This document shows positions 29,470 through 40,700 of a DNA stretch of 64,000 bases, in pieces. Numbering within the stretch: position 1 is the stretch's first letter; the number at the start of each line of letters is the position of its first letter. Under the pieces are notes generated by a model. It made no database searches and had not been told where the DNA came from. It was given only the letters and a program-made list of their open reading frames with translations. Made by a program: the position numbers and the translations under genes. Source of the stretch: an uncultured Chlorobiaceae bacterium (lineage in GTDB: Bacteria > Bacteroidota > Chlorobiia > Chlorobiales > Chlorobiaceae); NCBI GenBank assembly GCA_903994525.1, contig CAJEXW010000003.1:52768-116767 (forward strand). The letters run 5' to 3'.

Positions 29470-29519
29470 ATTTACGCTGGTTTCAGTTGGTCTATAGTTC
29501 ACCATGCTCCTCCCACCCA

Positions 29520-30776
29520 TCATACCGGCCTCACTTGCCCATTCCCCTCAATAATCCATTTATAGGTCGTCAGTTCTTTCAGCGCCATTGGCCCTCGTGC
29601 ATGCAGCTTTTGCGTGCTGATGCCGATCTCAGCCCCAAGGCCGAATTGTGCGCCGTCGGTGAAGGCGGTTGAGGTGTTGGCATAGACCACGGCGGCATCA
29701 ACGCGTTTCAGGAAGGTGGCGGTTGTGGCGGCATCGGTGGCGATGATGGCTTCGCTGTGGCGGGAGCTGTAGTGCGCGATGTGTTCCAGCGCCTCTTCAA
29801 GGGATGAGACGGTTTTTACTGACATTTTCAGAGAGAGGAATTCTGTGCCGAAATGCTCGGGTTCGGCTAACTGAAGGAGCGCATCAGGGTAGTGGCTGTG
29901 CAGGGCGGCAAAAGCGGCCTCATCGGCAAAGAGCAGCACCTGCTTCTCCAGAAGAGGCTCAACAAGGGCAGGGAGGTCGCCAAGACGGTCGCGGTGGATG
30001 ATGAGGGTGTCGAGAGCGTTGCAGACGCTGGGGCGTCGGGTTTTGGCGTTGAAGATCACCTGTTTGCCAAGCTCAAGGTCGCCGCTTTTGTCGAAATAGG
30101 TGTGCACAATGCCTGCGCCGGTTTCGATGACGGGAACCTTGGCGTTGTCGCGCACAAAGTCGATCAGCTTTTGGCTCCCTCTTGGAATGATCATGTCGAT
30201 GTAGCCAACCGCATTGAGCATGATGGCGGCGGCCTCACGCTCTGCGGGTAGCAGATAGATGGTATCGGGGTTGATGCCGTGCTCCTTCAGAACGTTATGG
30301 ATAAGCTCCACAATGGCGATGTTGGAGTACATGGCATCGCTGCCGCCTTTCAGTACGGTGGCGTTCCCCGACTTCAGGCAGAGGGCGAAGACGTCGAAGG
30401 TGACATTTGGCCTTGCTTCGTAGATGATGCCAATGACGCCGATGGGAACAGTCACCTTTTTCAGGCTAAGCCCGTTCTGAAGCATTCGCTCTTCAAGCAC
30501 CACATCGAGCGGGGAGGTGAGCGACGCCACGTTGCGGATGTCGGCGGCAATGGCTTTGAGCCTTGCAGGGTTCAACAGCAGCCGGTCAACCATTGGGTCA
30601 GCGGGATCCATTCGCTCCACATCTTTTTTGTTGGCGGTTAGAATGGCCTCCTGGTGAGCAGGTATTCTGTCGGCAAGGTCACAAAGCAGACGGTTGATCG
30701 CCTCATCGGTCAGGGTGATGATCTCGCGGCTTGCCTGCAAGACCGCTCCAAGCTGTTTCGTTATCGTTTCCTTCAT
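29520..30776 (-). CDS. proA: Gamma-glutamyl phosphate reductase
   Basis: [54 protein letters not shown]. Confidence 0.96.
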   Translation of the reverse strand: MKETITKQLGAVLQASREIITLTDEAINRLLCDLADRIPAHQEAILTANKKDVERMDPADPMVDRLLLNPARLKAIAADIRNVASLTSPLDVVLEERMLQNGLSLKKVTVPIGVIGIIYEARPNVTFDVFALCLKSGNATVLKGGSDAMYSNIAIVELIHNVLKEHGINPDTIYLLPAEREAAAIMLNAVGYIDMIIPRGSQKLIDFVRDNAKVPVIETGAGIVHTYFDKSGDLELGKQVIFNAKTRRPSVCNALDTLIIHRDRLGDLPALVEPLLEKQVLLFADEAAFAALHSHYPDALLQLAEPEHFGTEFLSLKMSVKTVSSLEEALEHIAHYSSRHSEAIIATDAATTATFLKRVDAAVVYANTSTAFTDGAQFGLGAEIGISTQKLHARGPMALKELTTYKWIIEGNGQVRPV

Positions 30777-30788
30777 GTCGAACTGAGT

Positions 30789-31871
30789 TCAGGTGGTTAT
30801 ATAGAGATAATCGTAATGAACAAGGGGCTTCTGATCTTTCTGCCCCATGAGTGACACTGTTTTTTCTGAGCCGTACTGCGCCATGCCGTAGCCGATGATG
30901 GTTCCGTCGGTGGCGCACACCTTGATAATGTCGCCCTTCAGGAAGCGCCCTTCAACCGAGACAATCCCGACCGGCAGCAGGCTGTTGGCTCGATCTCCCG
31001 ACACCAGTGCCATTTCTGCACCCATGTTGACGGTGACGGCCCCTTTTTCCATCCCTTCGCTGTTGGCAATCCACCGTTTCGGGCCGTGTGTGGGCTTTTG
31101 CGGCAAAAATGTGGTACCGATTTTTTCTCCCTCAAGAATCGAGAGGAGAATATCCGGCTTGCGTCCGTTGGCAATGTGGACAGTAATGCCAAGCTTTGAA
31201 AGCTTTTGCGCGATGTGGCATTTGGTCAGCATCCCACCTCTGCCAAACGCCGATTTTCCCGGATTAATATATTGGTGGAAATGTTTGGTCGAGGGATCAA
31301 TGACCGGAATGATGGCGCCATTGCCGCTTTTCATGTCGAATAATCCATCCACATGCGACAAAATAATATAGCCCTCAACATCCATCATGGAGGCGATAAG
31401 GCCGGAGAGTTCATCATTATCGGTAAACATCAGCTCGGTGACCGAAACAGCATCGTTCTCATTGACGACGGGGATGATGTTCTGCTGGAGCAGGGAGGTG
31501 AAGCAGGTCTGCATGTTGAGGTAGTGCAGGCGATCGCTGAAGTCACTCTTGGTGACCAGAATTTGTGCGGTGATCAGTCCATGCTGCAAAAAAAGGTCGT
31601 TATAGGTGCTGATCAGCTTGATCTGTCCGGTGGAGGAGAGCACCTGCCGGGCGGCAACGGGCGCAATGGTACCCGAGAGCTTAATGACCGAACGACCGGC
31701 CCCTACTGCACCTGATGAAACCAGAATAACCTGGATTCCCTGTTTGTGCAGCGTTGCAATCTGTGCAGTGAGGCTGCTGAGAATCTCAAGGTCGAGTTCG
31801 CCGTTTTTGCCGGTAATGACGTTGGTGCCGACCTTGACGACAATTTTTTTATAAATGTGTTGCTGTTTCAT
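30789..31871 (-). CDS. proB: Glutamate 5-kinase
   Basis: VVKVGT, VSSGAV, PVVNEND, DNDELS, GRGGMLTK, C-terminal PUA domain. Confidence 0.96.
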   Translation of the reverse strand: MKQQHIYKKIVVKVGTNVITGKNGELDLEILSSLTAQIATLHKQGIQVILVSSGAVGAGRSVIKLSGTIAPVAARQVLSSTGQIKLISTYNDLFLQHGLITAQILVTKSDFSDRLHYLNMQTCFTSLLQQNIIPVVNENDAVSVTELMFTDNDELSGLIASMMDVEGYIILSHVDGLFDMKSGNGAIIPVIDPSTKHFHQYINPGKSAFGRGGMLTKCHIAQKLSKLGITVHIANGRKPDILLSILEGEKIGTTFLPQKPTHGPKRWIANSEGMEKGAVTVNMGAEMALVSGDRANSLLPVGIVSVEGRFLKGDIIKVCATDGTIIGYGMAQYGSEKTVSLMGQKDQKPLVHYDYLYITT

Positions 31872-32163
31872 CGTTTAGTGAAGCTGTTCCTGACCATAGT
31901 TGCAACGTACCCCGGGGTGCCAATACTTGCCAGCAGCAGGAGAAAGGGTCTGAGATACGTAAAGTTGAGCATCGGTTAAACCAGTCATCCCGATAATGAA
32001 GATAATCTGCAAAATAATGTTTTGTAATTTTCCTGATTAGAATTAATCTGCAAGATAAACCTTTTTTATTATACAGTTACTTACATGACAAAGCGTTACC
32101 ATTTTCTTAAACGTTCTGATTGATCTCCATGTTGTTTTTTTTAATTAAATAATCCTATGAATT

Positions 32164-32343
32164 ATGAAACTCAGTGTATTTCTGATTATGGCCTTGATGT
32201 CGGCTGCACTGGCAGGCTGTGATGCGAAAAAATATGAACTTGTTGGTGCAGGAAACTCATGTGCCTATAAAATGGATAAGGACACCGGCCAGATATGGTT
32301 TATTTCGCCCGAAGGGGAGCGCAAGCTTCCACTTGCTCCATAA
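32164..32343 (+). CDS. Small lipoprotein (59 aa)
   Basis: MKLSVFLIMALMSAALAGCDAKKYELVGAGNSCAYKMDKDTGQIWFISPEGERKLPLAP*; LAGC lipobox; followed by a terminator. Not in the ORF track. Confidence 0.75.
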   Translation: MKLSVFLIMALMSAALAGCDAKKYELVGAGNSCAYKMDKDTGQIWFISPEGERKLPLAP

Positions 32344-32368
32344 AACCAATGCAGTACGTCCCCTGACT

Positions 32369-32393
32369 AAAAGCTCCAAACGTTGGAGCTTTT
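32369..32393 (+). terminator. Intrinsic terminator
   Basis: AAAAGCTCCAA-ACG-TTGGAGCTTTT perfect 11-bp stem. Confidence 0.75.
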
Positions 32394-32561
32394 GTTTCTT
32401 TCCCTCTCCTGCTCATTGCGTTAAAACGCTATCAGTTTGTGTTCTACCGAAAAGATATGCATATTTGCGACTGAACTATGCCGCGTTTTGCCTTGGCTTT
32501 TCCGGTCACTGAAACTGAAGCTGTTTTTTAAGGTATCTGGCGAAATAAAATACTTTACGCC

Positions 32562-34715
32562 ATGCTGTTGATGAGCCTGCTTGATCTCACTTTGCCTCTG
32601 AAAAATCCGGTGTTGCAGTTTGCTCTTTTGCTGCTTATAATCCTTTTCGCCCCGCTTCTTTTTAACCGGTTGAAAATCCCGAGCCTGATCAGTCTTATCA
32701 TTGCCGGCGCACTGGTTGGTCCTTTCGGGCTCAATCTGATGCTGCGCGACAGCAGTATCATTCTGTTCGGTACGGTCGGTCTTCTCTATATCATGTTTCT
32801 TGCCGGTCTGGAGATTGATGTCGCTGATTTTCGGAAAAACAGCGCAAAAAGTATTCTCTTCGGACTCTACACTTTTTTAATCTCTCTTTTGCTTGGTCTT
32901 CTGGTAGGTCTCTATATCCTGAAATTTTCACTGCTTTCAGCCGTTCTTATCGGCAGTATCTTTGCCTCTCATACGCTTATTCTTTATCCGGTTGTCAGCA
33001 AACTCGGTATTGCCAAGAACAAGGCGGTCAATATTGCACTGGGGGGAACCATTATTACAGATACCCTTGCCCTGCTGGTGCTGGCGGTTGTTGCCGGGCA
33101 GTCGCGAGGGGAGGTGATGAGTGGATTCTGGATAAGGCTTGTGGTGGGCGTAACGCTTTTCAGCTTGACTGTTCTTATTCTTTTTCCAGTCATTGCCAGA
33201 TGGTTTTTCAAGCGCTTTGAGGACAGTGTTCTGCAATATCTTTTTGTGCTGGCCATGGTTTTTTTCAGCGGCTTTCTTGCAGAGGCTGCCGGTGTCGAGG
33301 CCATTATCGGGGCCTTTCTTGGAGGGCTTGCCCTGAATCGGCTTATTCCCCGTACTTCGGCGCTCATGAACAGGATAAAGTTTGTCGGCAACGCCATCTT
33401 TATCCCCTTTTTCCTGATCGGTGTTGGAATGCTCATTGATATCAGGGCCTTTTTCAAGGACTATGAGACCATAACGGTTGCTGCGGTCATTACCGTTGCC
33501 GCCACAGCGGCAAAGTACCTCTCAGCCTGGATGACCCAGCGGATTTTTGGTTTTTCTCTTGATCAGCGAAGACTGATTTTTGGTCTTATCAGCGCACATG
33601 CTGCAGTGGCTCTTGCAACAGTGCTTATCGGGTTTAACACGGTGACAGGCTATACAACCACTGGTGCGCCCGTCAGGTTGCTTGATGAAAGCGTTCTCAA
33701 TGGAACAATTCTCTTTATTCTGGTGACCTGTACGCTGGCGACGGTAGTTGGTGAGAGAGGTGCGCATAATATTGCCCTTTCAGAGGTTGCTGATGAGGTT
33801 GCCGAGCCGGGATCTCTTTCTAAAAAGGAGAGGATACTGATTCATACCGATGATATAACAACGGTAGACGAACTGGTCAACCTGAGTGTGACGGTAACTT
33901 CTGATAAGACGCGTAATGGTATTTATGCGATGCATGTCGCTGATAACACTCTGCCCGATGACACTGCGGAGAAAAATGCTGAGAAAATCCTCGAAAAGGC
34001 GGCGGTAGCCGCTTCATCGACCGATAATGTCTTGACAGGACTTCTTCGTTATGACAGTGATGTGGTTAATGGTATCTCTTGTGTTATCAGAGAGCAAAAA
34101 ATTACTGATCTTATTTTGGGGCTTCATAACAAGAGTGAGCTTACAGAGAGTTTACTTGGTTGTTCTCCGGATACTATTCTTGGCAGGTGTAATGTTACCA
34201 CCTTTATCTACAAGTCTGTACAGCCTCTTGCGACCATCAAGCGAACCATTGCTGTTATTCCCGACGGGGCAGAACATGAGACTGGATTTCATGTCTGGTT
34301 GCAGCGGGTAGTCAATATCATTAAAAATACGGGCAGTAAACTGGTGGTTTATGCCTCTCAAAAGACCATTACCTCACTGCAGGGAAGTTTGGGGCTCTTA
34401 CTTGCCACTGCGGAGTATAAGGTGTTCAGAGAGTGGGATGATTTTCTGGTGCTGTCGAGCGAGATAAAAAATGATGACAATCTCATTGTTGTGATGAGCC
34501 GGAAGCATCATCACTCCTACCATGCAAAGATGGCCAAGATTCCTCTCTATCTTAACAAGTATTTCCAGAAAAACAGTTTTATTCTTGTTTATCCTGTACA
34601 GACGTTTATTCCTGGGGAAAGCAGCGAAGATATTCTGGTTCAGCCGGTAAAGAGAGGTTTGTTCACTTTTGAGAGTGTCAGGAAAATGGTTGAGAAGGTC
34701 TCAGGAAGGAGATGA
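32562..34715 (+). CDS. Cation:proton antiporter (CPA2/Kef-like) with C-terminal USP-like domains
   Basis: About 12 TM segments, MFLAGLEID, IITDT, FIPFFLIGVG; soluble C-terminal half. Confidence 0.85.
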   Translation: MLLMSLLDLTLPLKNPVLQFALLLLIILFAPLLFNRLKIPSLISLIIAGALVGPFGLNLMLRDSSIILFGTVGLLYIMFLAGLEIDVADFRKNSAKSILFGLYTFLISLLLGLLVGLYILKFSLLSAVLIGSIFASHTLILYPVVSKLGIAKNKAVNIALGGTIITDTLALLVLAVVAGQSRGEVMSGFWIRLVVGVTLFSLTVLILFPVIARWFFKRFEDSVLQYLFVLAMVFFSGFLAEAAGVEAIIGAFLGGLALNRLIPRTSALMNRIKFVGNAIFIPFFLIGVGMLIDIRAFFKDYETITVAAVITVAATAAKYLSAWMTQRIFGFSLDQRRLIFGLISAHAAVALATVLIGFNTVTGYTTTGAPVRLLDESVLNGTILFILVTCTLATVVGERGAHNIALSEVADEVAEPGSLSKKERILIHTDDITTVDELVNLSVTVTSDKTRNGIYAMHVADNTLPDDTAEKNAEKILEKAAVAASSTDNVLTGLLRYDSDVVNGISCVIREQKITDLILGLHNKSELTESLLGCSPDTILGRCNVTTFIYKSVQPLATIKRTIAVIPDGAEHETGFHVWLQRVVNIIKNTGSKLVVYASQKTITSLQGSLGLLLATAEYKVFREWDDFLVLSSEIKNDDNLIVVMSRKHHHSYHAKMAKIPLYLNKYFQKNSFILVYPVQTFIPGESSEDILVQPVKRGLFTFESVRKMVEKVSGRR

Positions 34716-34812
34716 ACGGTTTTTCTTTTGCACAGTATCTGAAAATATTGTATACTGGATTAAATGTGTCTTCTTTTTTAGGCATTACCTCGTAATTAAA
34801 TAAAAAAATACC

Positions 34813-35403
34813 ATGAGTGTACTTGTAGGCCGCAAGGCGCCTGATTTTGATGTTGCCGCTGTTGTAAACGGCTCGCAATTTGTTGATTCGTGTAAGCTCT
34901 CTGACTTCAGAGGGAAGTATGTGGTGCTTTTTTTCTATCCTCTTGACTTTACCTTTGTCTGCCCGACAGAGCTTCATGCGTTTCAGGAGAAGCTTGGGGA
35001 GTTCAGAAGCAGAAATGTTGAGGTGATTGGTTGCTCGGTTGACTCGAAGTTTTCTCACTTTGCATGGCTTCGTACCCCAAGAAGCCAGGGCGGTATTGAA
35101 GGTGTTACTTATACGCTGCTTTCAGACCTGAACAAGAGCGTTTCAGCCGACTACGATGTCTTGCTTGAGGGTGCGGGGATTGCGTTGAGGGGGTTGTTTT
35201 TGATTGATAAAGAGGGAGTCGTTCAGCATCAGGTGGTCAATAACCTGCCACTTGGTCGTAATGTGGATGAGGCTCTTCGCCTTGTTGATGCTCTTCAGTT
35301 TACCGAAGAGTTTGGTGAGGTCTGCCCGGCTAACTGGAATAAAGGTGATAAAACAATGAAGCCAGATGATGATGGTCTGAAGGAGTTCTTCAAAGAGACC
35401 TGA
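34813..35403 (+). CDS. 2-Cys peroxiredoxin (AhpC/TSA)
   Basis: FFYPLDFTFVCPTE, GEVCPANW. Confidence 0.95.
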   Translation: MSVLVGRKAPDFDVAAVVNGSQFVDSCKLSDFRGKYVVLFFYPLDFTFVCPTELHAFQEKLGEFRSRNVEVIGCSVDSKFSHFAWLRTPRSQGGIEGVTYTLLSDLNKSVSADYDVLLEGAGIALRGLFLIDKEGVVQHQVVNNLPLGRNVDEALRLVDALQFTEEFGEVCPANWNKGDKTMKPDDDGLKEFFKET

Positions 35404-35495
35404 TTGTGATTGTCGGTCGCATCTTTTTTTTCTGAACGTTTTCAAATCCCCCGTTTTTGTTGCAAAAGTGGAGGATTTGATGTTCATAATCAGAG

Positions 35496-36941
35496 TCAGT
35501 ATGCTTTGGCAAAAACCACTTTTCTCGCTGCGGGCCTTCCTGAGTAAATACATGTGCCTGGTTGATCAATGCCGTACTGTGCGATATAATCACCCTCCTG
35601 AGGCAGAACCCTGATGGTGGCTTTGGTCTCCTCCTTTATCTTTGCTTCGCTCTCTGCGGTTCCATCCCAGTGAGCAATCACAAACCCTTTCTCTACAGTG
35701 CTCTTGAACTCCTCGTAATTGTGTACTTCATGCGTGTTGTCATTGCGGAACCGCAATGCCTTGTCGAACATGCTCTGTTGAATAGTGTTGAGGATTTCGC
35801 TGATCCGGAGAGGCAGTAAATCGTCAAGGGCAACCTCAGTTTTCTCAAAGGTGTCGCGACGTGCGGCAATGCAGATGCTTTTCTGGATATCTCTCGGTCC
35901 GATTTCGATGCGGATTGGAATGCCTTGCAGCTCATATTCAGCAAATTTCCAGCCGGGTGAGTTCTGTTCGCTGCTGTCAACAAAGGCTGTGATGCCACTG
36001 TTATTCAGTGTTTCTGCAATGGCGTTGGCCTTTGCAATGACGGTCGCTTTGTCGCCTTTGAGAATAGGAATGATGACCACCTGACGGGTGGCAAGTTTTG
36101 GGGGGAGAACCAGCCCTCGATCATCCGAGTGGGCCATGATAAGAGCGCCGATCAGTCTCGTCGATACTCCCCAGCTTGTCGCCCAGACGTAGTCAAGGGT
36201 GCTCTCTTTTGTCTGAAACTGGCAGTCAAATGCCTTTGCAAAATTCTGGCCGAGGTTGTGGGAGGTGCCAGCCTGCAGCGCTTTTGTATCCTGCATCATC
36301 GCTTCAATGCACCAGGTCTCCACCGCTCCAGCAAACTTTTCACTGTTGCTCTTTTTGCCCATAATGACCGGCATTGCCATATACTCTTCGGCAAAGTTCT
36401 TGTAGACATTGATCATACGCAGCACCTCCTCCTGCGACTCTTCGGGGGTGGCATGGGCAGTGTGCCCCTCCTGCCAGAGAAATTCCGTGGTTCTCAGAAA
36501 GAGGCGGGTTCTCATCTCCCAACGCACAACATTGGCCCACTGGTTGATCAGGATGGGAAGATCGCGATAAGACTGGATCCACTTTTTGTAGGATGACCAT
36601 ATAATGGTCTCCGATGTGGGGCGGACATAAAGTTTTTCGGTAAGCTCCTGGCCTCCTCCGTGGGTGACCACCGCGCACTCAGGGGCAAATCCCTCGATAT
36701 GCTCAGCCTCTTTTGCGATAAAACTTTCGGGAATAAAGAGCGGAAAATAGGCGTTGACGTGCCCTGTCTCCTTGAACATCCGGTCAAGGGCGGCCTGCAT
36801 CTTTTCCCATATTGCATAGCCGTTTGGACGTATGACCATACACCCCTTGACATCGGCATAATCGGCCAGTTTTGCCGAGCGCACAAGGTCAATGTACCAC
36901 TGGGAGTAGTCCTCGCTTCGTGAAGTTATCTTATCTGCCAC
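35496..36941 (-). CDS. proS: Proline-tRNA ligase (archaeal/eukaryote-like type)
   Basis: [52 protein letters not shown]-terminus. Confidence 0.95.
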   Translation of the reverse strand: MADKITSRSEDYSQWYIDLVRSAKLADYADVKGCMVIRPNGYAIWEKMQAALDRMFKETGHVNAYFPLFIPESFIAKEAEHIEGFAPECAVVTHGGGQELTEKLYVRPTSETIIWSSYKKWIQSYRDLPILINQWANVVRWEMRTRLFLRTTEFLWQEGHTAHATPEESQEEVLRMINVYKNFAEEYMAMPVIMGKKSNSEKFAGAVETWCIEAMMQDTKALQAGTSHNLGQNFAKAFDCQFQTKESTLDYVWATSWGVSTRLIGALIMAHSDDRGLVLPPKLATRQVVIIPILKGDKATVIAKANAIAETLNNSGITAFVDSSEQNSPGWKFAEYELQGIPIRIEIGPRDIQKSICIAARRDTFEKTEVALDDLLPLRISEILNTIQQSMFDKALRFRNDNTHEVHNYEEFKSTVEKGFVIAHWDGTAESEAKIKEETKATIRVLPQEGDYIAQYGIDQPGTCIYSGRPAARKVVFAKAY

Positions 36942-36996
36942 GTTACTTTGTAAATAATTTTATCAATAAAGATTATGACCAATAATATACAACCTC

Positions 36997-37767
36997 TCAT
37001 TCAAACTTTTTCATCTTCTCTATGAGGTTTTTCAGATGCTCCTTTTGCTGGCTTCCCAGGGGTTTCTGGTTGTTTTCCATTTTCTGGTAGCCTGCAGGCA
37101 CCGTGAAGAGCGATGGCAAAACGCTTTTCACGGAGATGCGGGTGACTTCCATGATGTATGGGCCGTTATCGTTATGCTGCACAATTTTGACCGGGAAGCC
37201 CTCAATACCGGCGGCGCTCATAGTTTTTGAAAGTTGGGTGTTGGAGAGCCGGGGATTCTGAGTCTGTAAAATCCTGAAAGTCGAGAAATCGCCAAGGTCA
37301 CGGGTCACCCAGAGTTCAAGTTTTTCCGTGGTGCTGCTCAGGATGATGTGCTCGCAGTTGTAGCCTTTAAGAGTTTCCCGGCCAGCCCGGGCCAGTTTGT
37401 AATTGCTGTCAAAATCGAGCAGCAGAGCATTTTCGGCAGCGGTTCGAAGATTAATAATGGTGTAGTTTTTTGCCTGGTGGTTGATGATATATGCAACATC
37501 TGGCTGGATTGCTTTCGTGATCACGGTTGTTTTGAGCGGCTCTGGTATCTTGTTCATCCGCATAACCATATCCATTCTCTGACTCTTCTCTCCAAAGAGA
37601 TAGGTCACAGTGGCGGTTCCGTTTGGCATGGTCAGCGCCATATCCATTGATCCCGTAAATGTTGCTGCTGCCGAGCCATTCTTGCAGCCTATAGCGGTGG
37701 TGAGCAGCAGGATAAGTGTGATCAGGAGGTTTTTCATAGTCTTGGTAAAGATTGTCTTTGTTCTCAT
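36997..37767 (-). CDS. Secreted DUF4412-like protein
   Basis: Signal/lipobox AIGC, GRETLKGYNCEH, LELWVT, FTVPAGY. Start may be 37737. Confidence 0.65.
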   Translation of the reverse strand: MRTKTIFTKTMKNLLITLILLLTTAIGCKNGSAAATFTGSMDMALTMPNGTATVTYLFGEKSQRMDMVMRMNKIPEPLKTTVITKAIQPDVAYIINHQAKNYTIINLRTAAENALLLDFDSNYKLARAGRETLKGYNCEHIILSSTTEKLELWVTRDLGDFSTFRILQTQNPRLSNTQLSKTMSAAGIEGFPVKIVQHNDNGPYIMEVTRISVKSVLPSLFTVPAGYQKMENNQKPLGSQQKEHLKNLIEKMKKFE

Positions 37768-37938
37768 TTCAGGTCGATAGCCCGGAGTGCTCCGGTCAAT
37801 GGAATGTACCTCTTTGCAAAGTTACTGGATCATGATCTTTTTATAAAGCCTCATCAGGTGTATATTCGCTGTTACTGGAGGCTCAATCTGGAGCGTAGAG
37901 GTGAGGGTAATGAAACTGCTTGAAATAATCGGAAAGGA

Positions 37939-38825
37939 ATGCAAGAGCTGAAGGAGTGGCATATTGTTGATCTGCTGAAGACAACGGCTGATTTTTTTGT
38001 GGCACGAGATGTTGATGAACCTCGAATCAGCTCGGAACGTCTCTTGGGGCATGTTCTATCCCAGAGCAGGCTTCAGCTCTATCTGAACCATGATCGCCCG
38101 GTTTCACAGGAGGAGCTTGATCGTTTCAGAACTCTTTGTCGTCAACGACTGGATGGAAGGCCAGTGCAGTACATAACAGGGGAGCAGTACTTTTATGGCT
38201 TGCCGTTTATGGTGGACGAGCGGGTACTGATTCCTCGTCCAGAAACCGAACTGCTTGTGGAGCATGCCCTTGAATTTGTTGGTATAACCTCTAAAGGGGG
38301 GGGGATGCGACCGTGCTTGATATCGGGACTGGAAGTGGCTGTATCGCTGTGACGATGGCGAAACTTTCTCCTTCGCTTCGCGTAGTTGCAGTTGATTGCT
38401 CACCCGATGCACTCGTGGTTGCCCGCCTCAATGCCGAGAGGCATGGAGTTGTTTCGCAGATAACTTTTATTCAGGCTGATCTGTTTGAGCCCTTTTTTTC
38501 ATCAAAACTGCCTGCAATCCCTTATGCGCTTCTTGTTTCCAATCCGCCCTATATTTCCCGTCATGAATGGGAGGGGCTTCAGCGGGAGGTGCGGGACTTT
38601 GAGCCAGCATTGGCATTGATCACCCCGGAGGGATCAGAGTGTTACAGGGCAATTTCCGCAATGGCACCCTCACTGCTGCTTCCCGGGGGCAAACTTTGTT
38701 TTGAACTTCATGCCGAACGGGCAGCAGAAGTCTCTGAAATTATGACCGATCATGGTTTTAAGGGGATAACTGTCTTAAAGGATTACGCTTCGCTCGACAG
38801 GATTATTTCGGGAGTTATTTGCTGA
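37939..38825 (+). pseudogene. prmC: Peptide chain release factor N5-glutamine methyltransferase, frameshifted at a G9 run as sequenced
   Basis: Frame 1 has GRPVQYITG, VLIPRPETE; frame 2 has VLDIGTGSGCIA, SNPPY, DFEP..AL. G9 at 38296-38304; G7 or G10 would join the frames. Confidence 0.88.
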
Positions 38826-38957
38826 GATCTGTCTGCTGTTTTTTCTGCGCGAAAAGAGTATTATAAAGCTTTATTGTTAGTGTTGGTCCAAAGAGTGTGA
38901 AAACGATTGATTTTCTTAAATTCACCCCTCTGGATAACTATTATTGACTGAGATTGT

Positions 38958-40016
38958 ATGGTGATGGAGTCACGGGAGCTCAACATAAGAGAGCGTCAGG
39001 TGCTGGGTATCATTATCCAGGCCTATGTTGTTACCGCTGCCCCGGTTGGCTCAAGGTATATTACCCAACATTACAATCTTGGTTTTTCAGATGCCACGAT
39101 ACGCAATGTGATGGCGGAACTTGAGGATCATGGTTATATCAGTCAGCCGCACACGTCAGCCGGGAGAATTCCTACTGACAAGGGCTATCGTTATTATGTT
39201 GATCTGATTATGACCTTTCAGAGACTTGATGAGTGTGAAAAAAAGAGGATAGAGGAGAATGTCGGCCAGATAAGCATTGAACGCAAGGGTACTTCCTCGG
39301 ATGTTCTGCTTTCGGCGGTCAAGGTGCTTGGTACCATTTCTCGCCAACTGAGTGTTGTGTTATCACCAACACTTTCAAATGCGATTTTTGAAAAACTTGA
39401 TCTCGTACTCCTCAGTTCAACGCGGATGATGGTTATTCTTTCTATCCAGTCCCTGTTTGTCAAAACCATTGTTATGGAGCTTGATCTTGATGTCTCCCGT
39501 CAGATGGCCAATGAGGTTGTTGATGTGCTCAACCAGCGCCTTTCGGGGTTGACTCTCGCTGAGATTCGTCGCTCAATTCACCGACGTCTTTCAAACTGTG
39601 CCTGTGACAGCGCACTTAAAAATCTTATCGTACGTTCAGCCGGCACTCTCTTTGACGAGACACCGGTTTTTGAACGATTGTACATCTCGGGTACAGAATA
39701 TATTGTCGATCAGCCAGAGTTCAAGCAGCCCGAAAAGGTTAGGGAGCTGATAACGATGATTGAGGACAAGTTCAGTGTTGCCAGACTTGTTGAGAATAGT
39801 GGCCCTTCCCGCATGGATATAACCATCAGTATCGGCAAGGAGAACTCTGGACCTCATGCAGAAAATCTGACAATTGTTTCTGCCCCTTATTATGTCGGTA
39901 ACATGGTTGGAAAAGTTGGAATTCTTGGCCCGAAAAGAATGGATTATGAGTATGCAGTTCGCGTTCTGAACTATATGGCAGACAGTCTCTCTTCTACCTT
40001 GTCGGGTGTTAACTAA
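38958..40016 (+). CDS. hrcA: Heat-inducible transcription repressor HrcA
   Basis: [18 protein letters not shown]...[30 protein letters not shown]. Confidence 0.95.
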   Translation: MVMESRELNIRERQVLGIIIQAYVVTAAPVGSRYITQHYNLGFSDATIRNVMAELEDHGYISQPHTSAGRIPTDKGYRYYVDLIMTFQRLDECEKKRIEENVGQISIERKGTSSDVLLSAVKVLGTISRQLSVVLSPTLSNAIFEKLDLVLLSSTRMMVILSIQSLFVKTIVMELDLDVSRQMANEVVDVLNQRLSGLTLAEIRRSIHRRLSNCACDSALKNLIVRSAGTLFDETPVFERLYISGTEYIVDQPEFKQPEKVRELITMIEDKFSVARLVENSGPSRMDITISIGKENSGPHAENLTIVSAPYYVGNMVGKVGILGPKRMDYEYAVRVLNYMADSLSSTLSGVN

Positions 40017-40033
40017 CAAAAGTAATATAATCT

Positions 40034-40663
40034 ATGACAAAGAATGTGACAGATGAATCAGAGAGCAATACCCTGCATGAGCATCAGGAGGGTACGCTGG
40101 GTATGGGTGATCTTCTGGATATGACAGCGCTGGACGGGGAGTGGTCTTTAGGCGAAACCTCTCAGGACGTGGATCCCGCTTCAGATAGAGTTGCGGCTCT
40201 TGAAACTGAACTTGAGCAGCAGAAAGTGGAGGTCAACAAGTATCGTGATGAGGTTCTGCGTCGGGCGGCAGATTTTGAGAATTTCCGCCGGCAAAAAGAG
40301 CGTGAAGCCATGATGGCCTCATCGAGGGCTCTTGAGAATATCATTCGTGAGCTGTTGCCGGTTGTTGATGATATCAAAAGGCTTCTGCAACATGTGCCGC
40401 TGAACTCAGAAATTTCGAGCGAAGCCCGACCCTACATCGAGGGGGTTGAGCTGGTAAAGAAAAATCTGGAGAAATGGTTTGCGGACAAAGGGGTTATCGC
40501 TATAGAATCAATTGGTATGAAGCTTGATGTGAACTTTCATGAAGCTATTTCGCAGGTCGATGATGCAGAAGCAGAGTCGGAAACTATTGTTGAAGAGTAC
40601 CAGACAGGTTATATGCTTGGAGAGAAGGTGATCAGGCATGCAAAGGTCATTGTCGCCGGATAA
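40034..40663 (+). CDS. grpE: Nucleotide exchange factor GrpE
   Basis: [33 protein letters not shown]. Confidence 0.95.
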   Translation: MTKNVTDESESNTLHEHQEGTLGMGDLLDMTALDGEWSLGETSQDVDPASDRVAALETELEQQKVEVNKYRDEVLRRAADFENFRRQKEREAMMASSRALENIIRELLPVVDDIKRLLQHVPLNSEISSEARPYIEGVELVKKNLEKWFADKGVIAIESIGMKLDVNFHEAISQVDDAEAESETIVEEYQTGYMLGEKVIRHAKVIVAG

Positions 40664-40700
40664 TCGGCAGTTTTTTTACTTATTGAACTGAAATCAAGAT

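Noticed and set aside
31992-32010. GATAAT-GAA-GATAAT Fur-box-like sequence
   Set aside because: Poor match to the 19-bp consensus in an AT-rich spacer.
38876-38901. CIRCE element upstream of hrcA
   Set aside because: TTAG...GAGTG spacing and arms do not fit TTAGCACTC-N9-GAGTGCTAA.
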